Shown here: positions 1 to 8,063 of the stretch, piece by piece
Position numbering within the stretch: position 1 is the first letter of the stretch
How the letters are laid out: the number at the start of each line of letters is the position of its first letter
Virus record (IMG/VR): IMGVR_UViG_3300031519_000166
Coordinates: 1-28,222 of that record
Direction: 5' to 3' (one strand)
From: a virus
Lineage: Duplodnaviria > Caudoviricetes
Length of the DNA: 28,222 nucleotides
Notes under the pieces: model-generated
What the model saw: the letters and a program-made list of their open reading frames with translations, nothing else
What the model was told of the DNA's origin: nothing
The model's database searches: none
Translations under genes and position numbers: made by a program

Positions 1-343
1 TCCAGCTTCCGCCAACCCCGCCACCCACTGAGGATAAGAATGCGTTCTCAGTGTAGTGCCCGGTTAATCCTTCTCTGCTATCTTCAACATAGTTGAGAAA
101 ACAAGAGATAGGGAGCCCACGGGTTGTCCCCCCGTTCGAGAGAATTGGGGTAGAAAACATAAACCACAAATTGCTTGCGTAATCGTACAAACGCTGTGCA
201 TGACTTTCATCATCTGCAAAGGCTTTCGCCGCACGTGCGAAAGCGTCCTGAGGAGAAGTTTCTCCTTCAACCATATACCTATCTTCTAACGTCTGGATAC
301 CAAACGTAGATAGAAGACGATCTCTTCCATAATCAATTAACAT
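1..343 (-). CDS. nrdA: Ribonucleotide reductase class Ia alpha subunit, N-terminal part (runs off window)
   Basis: Not in ORF track. Manual translation from ATG 343 gives MLIDYGRDRLLSTFGIQTLEDRYMVEGETSPQDAF...WFMFSTPILSNGGTTRGLPISCFLN...GGGVGGSW, with the NrdA STPxLxNxG/ISCFL and GGGxG motifs and no ATP-cone. Start overlaps the D15 stop. Confidence 0.93.
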   Translation of the reverse strand, partial: MLIDYGRDRLLSTFGIQTLEDRYMVEGETSPQDAFARAAKAFADDESHAQRLYDYASNLWFMFSTPILSNGGTTRGLPISCFLNYVEDSREGLTGHYTENAFLSSVGGGVGGSW

Positions 344-1184
344 CTATATATTCCTTTACTCGTTCATCTATTTCTAGTAGACTATGCCCAGGATGTTCTA
401 TTGCTTCAGCACAGTAGCTGACCAAATCCATCATCCTATAGTTCTTTAATATCATTTCCTTGCTCGCATTAAGAGCCTGAATATATTTATACTTACTATT
501 TATTGGTAAAGCATCATGAATATCAAATGCTGTACCGTATTGCTTTATAAGTTCTGTAGCCCTCTTGGGGCCAATACCTGGAACTCCATCTACATTATCT
601 CCTTTATCTCCTGTCAGAACTTTAAAAGAGATATAGTCTTCTTGAGGAAAATCGAAAAACTCATTCCAGTTAAATACAGTAGTCTCTTTGCGAGTTACTG
701 TAGAAAATCTTGATACATTTTCGTTTACAAGTAAGTCCCAGTCACGGTCACTTGAAATCATCCAGATGTCTTCAATGCCCATTTCTTCTCGCTTAGACAC
801 TACATAAGCAACCAAGTCATCGGCTTCTACGTTAGCGTATCTTAACAAAAGAAACTGGTCTTCTAGAGCTTCTAGAGTTCTTTCAAATTCTTCGAAAAAT
901 AACTTAATGTCTTCTTTTTCTTGTTCTGTTTGGTCTTTGTACTTCTCTGCTCTATTAGCTTTATACTGAGGGTCAATAAACTTTCTGTAACCACTAGAGC
1001 CTTGATCTCCTGCAATTATAATCTTACTACAATCATAGGATTGAGCGAGACTCTTAACAGTATTGATATAGTCCTGTTTAAAGTCTAGTTTACCTTGATG
1101 CTTCCAGCGAAACGCTAAATTCATACCATCTACAATAAGAGCATTCTTATTTGGTTCCATTATTTGTTGTTTAAAACTGGCCAC
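333..1184 (-). CDS. D15: Flap endonuclease / 5'-3' exonuclease (T5 D15-like)
   Basis: LIVDGMNLAFR, YKANR, EADD, SSDRDW and GDKGDNVDGVPGIGPKRA motifs. Start placed at GTG 1184 behind GGAG; the ORF track extends to 1205. Confidence 0.95.
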   Translation of the reverse strand: MASFKQQIMEPNKNALIVDGMNLAFRWKHQGKLDFKQDYINTVKSLAQSYDCSKIIIAGDQGSSGYRKFIDPQYKANRAEKYKDQTEQEKEDIKLFFEEFERTLEALEDQFLLLRYANVEADDLVAYVVSKREEMGIEDIWMISSDRDWDLLVNENVSRFSTVTRKETTVFNWNEFFDFPQEDYISFKVLTGDKGDNVDGVPGIGPKRATELIKQYGTAFDIHDALPINSKYKYIQALNASKEMILKNYRMMDLVSYCAEAIEHPGHSLLEIDERVKEYIDVN

Positions 1185-1614
1185 GAGTCCACTCCATCTT
1201 TTCATTTTCCAACCATTCTTCGGCTAGACACACATAACAGTCTAACCAAGAAATATACATAAATTTAGTATTTTTTGGTTGTATAGTTGTTACTACAAAT
1301 ACTTTTGATCTAGAGTACTTAAAGAACAACAAAGGTTGCTGAAGTTTAAGCTCTGCTTGTTTTACTATTTTTTCCCACCAAACTAATAGATAGTTAGTTT
1401 TATTCGTAAATACCTTATCACTTAGAGGGGATTTCTCGTAATTCTTTACCTCAATACAAAACGCATTATTAGCGTCCGGTATGTATAAATCGCCCTTTAA
1501 GTAAGCAAGAGCCCCCGAACTGGGGACTCTCTCGAACTGTAGGCCGGATGCATCACGAAGCATGTCTCTTACAAGATACTCTCCTCGCTGTCCTTTTGCT
1601 CTTGAATCTACCAT
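1171..1614 (-). CDS. D14: PD-(D/E)XK nuclease, Holliday-junction resolvase-like (T5 D14-like)
   Basis: SRAKGQRGE...KGDL...IEVK motif; syntenic between D13 and D15. Confidence 0.88.
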   Translation of the reverse strand: MVDSRAKGQRGEYLVRDMLRDASGLQFERVPSSGALAYLKGDLYIPDANNAFCIEVKNYEKSPLSDKVFTNKTNYLLVWWEKIVKQAELKLQQPLLFFKYSRSKVFVVTTIQPKNTKFMYISWLDCYVCLAEEWLENEKMEWTRGQF

Positions 1615-3413
1615 TATGCTACCAACCTACTTATATTGCGTGGATCTTTTATTACTTCTATTTTCTCTAGTAGAGGGTGTGACCAACCATGATTTACTAG
1701 ATAAGTATTGAGATTTTCTTCTAATAGGACTTCTACTAGCTTTTCTTTCCCTGTTTCATCTAGGACAGTCATAACTTCGTCCAAAAATAGAACATTAATC
1801 TGACTAGAAGATAAACTATTCATTAACTTACGAATTGCAAGAAGAGTAGCTGTATTTACTCTAGCAAGCTCTCCGCTCGAAAGTGCGAGAATGTCTATTA
1901 TCTTTCCGTGATCAGTTACTTCTACGTTAAGTTTGTCATTGTTCACAGCAAAATTTAAAGTAAAACGACCGTCTGAGAGTTCTGCTAGATACTCGCTGGT
2001 TAGTTCCTCTAGTTCTTTAACAAGGTTCTCTATTTTATACGCAATGAGTCCATTTGTGCTGAAAGCTTTCTTTAATATTTCAAGGTTGCCTCTCTTGACC
2101 CCTAGAACTTTATATCGATTTACTACTTCTGCTAGTTGTTTCTCAAAATCAGCCGTCTGCTCGGTTATAACTTCTATCTTAGCGTTAAAGGCTGAACGAA
2201 CATTATTCTCTCGCTGTAAAAGATCTATTTGATTCTTTTGGTGAGCGATTGTAGTTCTAATATCCGTAATACGAATCTTTAAAACTTCTTCATCAACTAA
2301 AACAGTAGGCATATCATTGTCTACAGATCGATAAAGCTCTTCCCATTCTTGTTGCTTCTTACTTTTCAAGACGAAGCTTTCATTGTTCTTTTGAATTTCT
2401 TTAATTTCCTTCTGGATATTAAGATGCTCGTCTTTTCTGGTTTGGACTTTTTCTTGTTCTTGGGAGATATGCTTTGTTTTAAAGTCTTCTGTAATGGGTT
2501 GTTCACAGGTAGGACATACATTTTCCAAGTTCTCCATTTTTCTTATTGCTTTTTCCCCTGAACTGATCGACCCCGCTATAGCTCCTAACTGTGCCTGCAA
2601 CTCATCATAAGAAATATGTTCAGAGGCTTCAATTGCTTGAATCTCCTGTATATTAATTTCTTTCAACAAACTTTTGAATTGGTTATTTTGAAAAATTTTA
2701 CGATTAGTTGATGCAATGTTTTTAATTTCAGTTGTAAGAGAACTATGTTCTTCCTCGTCAGCTTCCGAGATTTTCGGAAGCTCTACAAGTTCTTGTGGGG
2801 TAGTATCCGTTAGTTTGTTATTTTCTAACCATTTTTCTACTGTTGAAATACGCCCTTCGAGGTTTGCATACTCATGCTCAACTTCTCTTGAGGCTTCTTT
2901 AAAAATATCGAAGAGTTTTACATACTTCTCTAGTCCTAACAAGTCAATCAGAAATTTTTTACGATTAGCATCGGTTGCAGTAAGAAAATTCAAACTAGCA
3001 TTAGTATTCTGATATACGACTTGAGAGAAAGTTTTAAAGTCAATGCCTAAAACTTCCTCAATAGACTTATAAGTATTAGTAGCCGTATGACTACTAATAT
3101 CTTCTCCATTCTTAGTAAACTTTACTTTTAAATTAGACTTTCTTTGTAGATCTATTTCGTACTCGTCCGAACTTTTGGTAAAATTGAGACTGATAGAGTA
3201 ACCTACGTTTAATTCTCTGTTGGGAATATCGGCTTTCTTTATCCCCTTAGAGTTCTTATTAAACAATATTTCTTCTAGTATAAGAGGAATAGAAGATTTA
3301 CCTACTCCGTTTACCCCTAATATTTGGGTGAGTTGAGCACTTGATAAATCCAATGAGTTATTCTCCCCGTAAGAAAAACAGTTATTCCACTTCAAGGTTT
3401 TTAATATAATCAT
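1614..3413 (-). CDS. D13: SbcC/Rad50-like recombination ATPase (T5 D13-like)
   Basis: Walker A GVNGVGKS, coiled coil with CPTC zinc hook, LSSGE signature, LFLDE Walker B. Confidence 0.95.
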   Translation of the reverse strand: MIILKTLKWNNCFSYGENNSLDLSSAQLTQILGVNGVGKSSIPLILEEILFNKNSKGIKKADIPNRELNVGYSISLNFTKSSDEYEIDLQRKSNLKVKFTKNGEDISSHTATNTYKSIEEVLGIDFKTFSQVVYQNTNASLNFLTATDANRKKFLIDLLGLEKYVKLFDIFKEASREVEHEYANLEGRISTVEKWLENNKLTDTTPQELVELPKISEADEEEHSSLTTEIKNIASTNRKIFQNNQFKSLLKEINIQEIQAIEASEHISYDELQAQLGAIAGSISSGEKAIRKMENLENVCPTCEQPITEDFKTKHISQEQEKVQTRKDEHLNIQKEIKEIQKNNESFVLKSKKQQEWEELYRSVDNDMPTVLVDEEVLKIRITDIRTTIAHQKNQIDLLQRENNVRSAFNAKIEVITEQTADFEKQLAEVVNRYKVLGVKRGNLEILKKAFSTNGLIAYKIENLVKELEELTSEYLAELSDGRFTLNFAVNNDKLNVEVTDHGKIIDILALSSGELARVNTATLLAIRKLMNSLSSSQINVLFLDEVMTVLDETGKEKLVEVLLEENLNTYLVNHGWSHPLLEKIEVIKDPRNISRLVA

Positions 3414-4338
3414 TGTATATCCCTAATATAGCTGGTATTTTATCTTCGGTTATCTCTAGAATATACGTTAGATATTCTACTAGTTCTTCTCCTAAAGTCA
3501 TCTCTTTATCTAGAACTAATGCTGCTTCTGAGCTTCTCCTAACTACTTTCTTGTCAAGAAGATCAGAAGAAGACACTTTAGCTAAATCACCTAAATCCCC
3601 TTCTAGTTCGTAAATAACGTGGTCATAAAGCCCCGTGGTCATTTCCGCAGGGTTACTAACCGTTTTACGAATAAGTTGTGGTAGCTCTAACTTATCCCAG
3701 TACCAGTCCCAATCATCCAGTATCATTATTATTCCTGTTTCCACTTTAGATCTATGGAAACTAGTCGTCATAGGACTTCCTGGGTAGACTATATTTTTCT
3801 GGCAGTTGGAATGAGAATGTAAGTCTCCCGCAAAAACTACGGGGAACCCACTAAAGCGATCTAAGTCAACTTCCGGGGTCACATGAGGAGGTATTTCACC
3901 CCTCACATGAGTAAAAACCGGAAAGTTTTTATTAAGCATCTCGATAGAACCTTTCTTATGTAAGTCACAGTAGGGAAGAATACTAAAACCACGAGAGTCT
4001 TCGTAAGCTTCGTCTACTATAGTAACTAAACTATTTAAAGAAGTTGTTACTTCCTTTAAAGAATTAAAAAAAGTTTTATTCTTTCTAGTTGCTTCATGGT
4101 TGCCGTCATATATTAGAGTCTCTATAGTGCAGCCTCTAATAAAATGAAAGTATAGCTCCAACTCATCTAGAGTTGGTATTCTATCAAATATATCACCGCC
4201 AATAATATGCAAGTCTGCATCGTCTTCTAACAGGTAAATCTGGTGAAAGAAGCTATCATATCGAGCACGCGCCCAGTTTACGGGTACGTTTTTCTGCCCT
4301 AACTTTATATGCCAGTCGGCGGAGAATAATATCTTCAT
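3382..4338 (-). CDS. D12: SbcD/Mre11-like metallophosphoesterase nuclease (T5 D12-like)
   Basis: ADWH, GGDIFD, GNHE, GDLH and YPGSP motifs. Confidence 0.95.
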   Translation of the reverse strand: MKILFSADWHIKLGQKNVPVNWARARYDSFFHQIYLLEDDADLHIIGGDIFDRIPTLDELELYFHFIRGCTIETLIYDGNHEATRKNKTFFNSLKEVTTSLNSLVTIVDEAYEDSRGFSILPYCDLHKKGSIEMLNKNFPVFTHVRGEIPPHVTPEVDLDRFSGFPVVFAGDLHSHSNCQKNIVYPGSPMTTSFHRSKVETGIIMILDDWDWYWDKLELPQLIRKTVSNPAEMTTGLYDHVIYELEGDLGDLAKVSSSDLLDKKVVRRSSEAALVLDKEMTLGEELVEYLTYILEITEDKIPAILGIYNDYIKNLEVE

Positions 4339-4973
4339 TAGGATATATCAAATTCGTCAGAGATAGATTCGTCCTGGTTTGCGTCGGCACCTGCATTCAT
4401 AATGCGTTCCAACAGCTCTTTTTGAGCGTCTGGAGTAGGTCGCGGTAGCATCTCGGAAATAGGCTTTGCAGCACTACAAGCTTCTGATTCTGCATCAGTG
4501 AGAGGACGAATACCTTTTTGACTCTTCAAAGTCTGTAGCTGGTACTCTACGTTATACACGTTAGGCCCAGTTTTAGTTCTTTTGAAGTGAATATCCCAAC
4601 CAACAGTTGAATCTGTGGGATCTCCAAGATCTTCTGCTGCTACTAAAATTTGATCCATCAATTTCTTTTTCAGGTTAAGTACTTTTACTTTACCGTCACC
4701 TAAATCAATACACTGAATAGAGTAAGACCAACCACATTTAAGGTCGGGATAGTACTCTCGTACCCAATCTTTCTCGCTATTCATAAACTTTTCAGCGTCA
4801 CGGTCAAAAGATAAGCACTCCATAGGAATGTTCTTGTCGTTTTCGCCTTTAACCCAATAAATATACCTAGGGAGAAGATCTCCGAAGATTCGTACTGAGT
4901 TATCGCCATTTTTATAAGTGTACTGCTCTAAGTTAGATTTCTTAGCGCCGCCTGATGATGTCATAAATTTCAT
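4338..4973 (-). CDS. D11: Single-stranded DNA-binding protein (T5 D11-like)
   Basis: LPRYIYWVKG, CGWSY and GDPTD motifs, acidic C-tail (SDEFDIS), synteny. Start ATG 4973 behind AAGGA. Confidence 0.82.
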   Translation of the reverse strand: MKFMTSSGGAKKSNLEQYTYKNGDNSVRIFGDLLPRYIYWVKGENDKNIPMECLSFDRDAEKFMNSEKDWVREYYPDLKCGWSYSIQCIDLGDGKVKVLNLKKKLMDQILVAAEDLGDPTDSTVGWDIHFKRTKTGPNVYNVEYQLQTLKSQKGIRPLTDAESEACSAAKPISEMLPRPTPDAQKELLERIMNAGADANQDESISDEFDIS

Positions 4974-4984
4974 AATGTTTTCCT

Positions 4985-5374
4985 TTAGTGTGTGACTTCT
5001 TCCCAACAAAAGTATATTTGCTCATTTATTCGGGTAAGTAGCCTGTTGTAGTCGATTAGTTTTTGCCCTGTAGGTGCTAATAGCATATCTAGGGTAGTTT
5101 TGCGTGTGGCTTTATATTCAGCATAGCTGCGAAAACTAGCCAGTGCCACATACTGTGCTAGTTCCGGGTCTCCGAATTCTTTCCTATGTACTATAAGTTT
5201 TTCTGGGAACAATAAAAAACTATCCCCAGACCAATCCTGTAAGCTTAATTGATATGTAGCATCATATCTATTAATAGGTAAGTGTGGAAATGTTAAGTAT
5301 GAAATGATAGACAGTATGCCAGAAGTTTTACCTCCAGTATCCCTGTATATTTTTTCCCAGTTATAAAAAATCAA
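4985..5374 (-). CDS. Conserved T5-like hypothetical protein between D10 and D11
   Basis: ORF with YVALASFRSYAEY. Start moved to TTG 5374 because the track start (5428) is the -35 box of the upstream promoter. Confidence 0.7.
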   Translation of the reverse strand: MIFYNWEKIYRDTGGKTSGILSIISYLTFPHLPINRYDATYQLSLQDWSGDSFLLFPEKLIVHRKEFGDPELAQYVALASFRSYAEYKATRKTTLDMLLAPTGQKLIDYNRLLTRINEQIYFCWEEVTH

Positions 5375-5399
5375 AGTATAAGTCTCAAATTCAGTGTAT

Positions 5400-5439
5400 A
5401 TTATACAGGCAAACAGTAACCATGTCAAGAACTATTTTT
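5400..5439 (-). promoter_or_regulatory. sigma70-type promoter
   Basis: AAAAATAGTTC-TTGACA(5428-5423)-17 nt-TATAAT(5405-5400). Confidence 0.9.
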
Positions 5440-5441
5440 CG

Positions 5442-6731
5442 TCACATCTCCCTGAAATGTATCTTATAGTTCTGTTGCATATAGTGCCCTAAGCGAAGTT
5501 TTGCCTGCTTTTGTGCGGTCTTGCCCTTTAAGTTAATGTCAACTATTATAGGACTAGGTTTATTTGGGTATTCTCTAACTACTCTTCCTATTAACTGAGT
5601 TAACAGTGGAGTATTATTCACAGGAGTTGCTAGAATAAGACAGCTTAGAGGATTTACACTAATCCCCTCTGAGAAAATACTTTGAGTCCCTAGGAGTATA
5701 TTTACTTTTCCACTTTGAACTCGTTCTATTTTCTTCTCTCGCTCTTTAAGAGGAACTTTCCCAGTTATTAACTCGCAAGCCTCCCCTAATGTTTCACTTA
5801 TTCTAGTGAGAAAATGTACCCTGTCAGAAACTAGTAATACTTTGTGCCCCTTAGCTCTATAAGCTGCGGCCAAAAAACTTACAAGTTTTCCATACTCTTC
5901 TTGTTGGACTAAATCATTAATTCTATTAGCCCAAGGTATCTTAGCTCCATCCATAAAAACAATGTTACTTTGAATAACTTCTATAGTAGGCTCCATAAAG
6001 TTTTCTTTAGGGGGCGTAAACTTAGTATGACCAAAGTAATCTGGCATTAAAACATGCTTACCATCTTTTCGTTCTACAGTGCCAGAGAGCCCTATCTTAT
6101 ATCTAGCGTAGCTGGCATCTACTAGTCTATTAAAAGTATTTGCTGGAATATGATGGCACTCATCTATAATGATGCAGCCAAAGGATTTAGTAATCTGGTC
6201 TTTTATCTTATACAAGGTTTGTATATTGCCTACAACTATATCAGCCGTTAGGTTATGTTGTCCTGACCCTATTATCCCTGGCTCTATTCCAAAAACTTTT
6301 CTAATCTCTTTCTCCCACTGAGATCTTAAAGCAACTGTATGCGTAACTATTAAAGTCTTCTGACCAAGTTTAGCTGCTATAGCTAGGGCAGTAAAAGTCT
6401 TGCCCCAAGATACAAAAGCGTTAATAACCGCATTATCATCAAGAGCATCGTAAACATCCTGCTGGCTTTTCCTAAGCTCAAATCTGAACTTAGGAAACTT
6501 CACAGGTATCTCTACTCTTTTATCCTTAATTTCATATCCTGGAGGAATGAGATCAAATCTCCCAACAGGTATTGATACTAAGCCACTGCTAATTTTTCGT
6601 AAATTCTTAATGACTTGAGGAGGGTCGTCTCTCCTGTAGGTATCAATTTTATAGGTTAAAGCCTTATCTAGCTCTGGGAAGGTAGAAGGGTCTATATCCA
6701 TATAAATTCTGTTAGAAACTATTGCTTTCAT
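5442..6731 (-). CDS. D10: Superfamily 2 DNA helicase (T5 D10-like)
   Basis: SWGKT, DECHH, GLSGT, SEGIS and QLIGRVVR motifs. Confidence 0.93.
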   Translation of the reverse strand: MKAIVSNRIYMDIDPSTFPELDKALTYKIDTYRRDDPPQVIKNLRKISSGLVSIPVGRFDLIPPGYEIKDKRVEIPVKFPKFRFELRKSQQDVYDALDDNAVINAFVSWGKTFTALAIAAKLGQKTLIVTHTVALRSQWEKEIRKVFGIEPGIIGSGQHNLTADIVVGNIQTLYKIKDQITKSFGCIIIDECHHIPANTFNRLVDASYARYKIGLSGTVERKDGKHVLMPDYFGHTKFTPPKENFMEPTIEVIQSNIVFMDGAKIPWANRINDLVQQEEYGKLVSFLAAAYRAKGHKVLLVSDRVHFLTRISETLGEACELITGKVPLKEREKKIERVQSGKVNILLGTQSIFSEGISVNPLSCLILATPVNNTPLLTQLIGRVVREYPNKPSPIIVDINLKGKTAQKQAKLRLGHYMQQNYKIHFREM

Positions 6732-6895
6732 TTAGTCCACATTTCTTCTTCTAGGTTTCTTTTAGAGCGTTCTTCATTTCTTCGACTTACTACGAAGTTT
6801 TCCACCCCCGCTAGTCTCTCACTAATAGTCTCTACTCTACTTAGTAGTCTATCTATTTTCCTGTTTATTTCATCCATTTCTACATCGTATTTCAT
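6728..6895 (-). CDS. Small coiled-coil hypothetical protein (55 aa)
   Basis: Not in track. MKYDVEMDEINRKIDRLLSRV...EMWTK fills the gap, with ATGA overlaps at both ends. Confidence 0.75.
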   Translation of the reverse strand: MKYDVEMDEINRKIDRLLSRVETISERLAGVENFVVSRRNEERSKRNLEEEMWTK

Positions 6896-7566
6896 AGTAT
6901 ACCTTTTGTGTACTTCTCTGTAAGATAGCTCCTCACAAAGTTACTTCTTACAATGTCCGATATGTCGAACTCAATAAAATCAAACTCATTCATACCTTTA
7001 ATTATCTTCATAAAGTCTTTTAAACCACTATTTCTCAAGTCAGACTGGAAAAAATCGCCGCAAAAAATAATCCTACAATTTTTACCTACTCTAGTAATGA
7101 TACTGTCTAACTCATGGAAAGTCATATTTTGACACTCATCCACAATAATTACACTATCATTAAAAGTTGTGCCTCTAATATAAGAGGTGGTTAAAAAATT
7201 GATAACTCCTTTCTGCTTCAATTGTCCATAAGGATTATCTCCACGACTAAACAATTCTTGCATAATACTTACATAAGGAGCTTCGTAGACCTTAGATTTT
7301 TCATCTTCTGTTCCGGGAAGAAATCCCATTTCCCTTGTGGGGACGGCACTTCTAACTAAAACTATTCTACTATACTCTTCTTTCTGTAAATCATCTAATG
7401 CTAGATAAAGGGAAATAAATGTCTTACCTGTTCCTGCACACCCATGTAACATTAAATGCTTACTGGTGTCAAACACTTTGACCTGCGCCGTAGTTAGAGG
7501 CTCGATCTCTTTCAAATAGAAATTAAGTGCAGATAAAACGTCTCTCTTTGTATTCCTTCTTCCCAT
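6892..7566 (-). CDS. phoH: PhoH-family ATPase
   Basis: GCAGTGKT, MGFLPG, IRGTTF, DECQN, TRVG and GDFFQSD motifs. Confidence 0.95.
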   Translation of the reverse strand: MGRRNTKRDVLSALNFYLKEIEPLTTAQVKVFDTSKHLMLHGCAGTGKTFISLYLALDDLQKEEYSRIVLVRSAVPTREMGFLPGTEDEKSKVYEAPYVSIMQELFSRGDNPYGQLKQKGVINFLTTSYIRGTTFNDSVIIVDECQNMTFHELDSIITRVGKNCRIIFCGDFFQSDLRNSGLKDFMKIIKGMNEFDFIEFDISDIVRSNFVRSYLTEKYTKGIL

Positions 7567-8063
7567 TAAATTTTCCTTTTGCTATCTTCTAGCTTATCTT
7601 CGGACAAACTATACAACAGCCACGGGCTAGAGTCTAAATATAAGACCTGTGCCCAGTTTTTACCAGTAGGAGGTCTTCTTAATATAAAGGGAAAATTAAC
7701 TCCTTTTAACCATATTCTACTATGGGTATCAAAAAGTTCCTTCTTTTTTATTTTTAACGATACACACTTCTCAAAGCTAGTCTTAGTATACTCAAAGACT
7801 GCACCATTGGTGTCAATCAATACGGTGCTAGGAAACTTTACTAAGTCTAAAAACTCCCAGTATACTTTAGATATACGTTTAATTTTGTGTGGTGTCTGTA
7901 ACCTGCGTTGCCCTAGAGTATCCCCAGGCTGGTTCTTATCATCGACAACTAACTCATTCACTAGTAATAAGCCATCACGAACATAGAAGTCCTCGGTATC
8001 TAGAGCATAGACAGGAAACTTTACTAAACGAAGTACTTGTTTATACGTTAAAGATACTACCAT
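7566..8063 (-). CDS. Conserved T5-like hypothetical protein downstream of DNA polymerase
   Basis: FPVY and DDKNQPGDTLGQRRL motifs; likely start ATG 8063 overlapping the end of polA. Confidence 0.75.
   Translation of the reverse strand: MVVSLTYKQVLRLVKFPVYALDTEDFYVRDGLLLVNELVVDDKNQPGDTLGQRRLQTPHKIKRISKVYWEFLDLVKFPSTVLIDTNGAVFEYTKTSFEKCVSLKIKKKELFDTHSRIWLKGVNFPFILRRPPTGKNWAQVLYLDSSPWLLYSLSEDKLEDSKRKI

Noticed and set aside
64-270. 68-aa minus-strand ORF in the track
   Set aside because: Out-of-frame shadow of nrdA.
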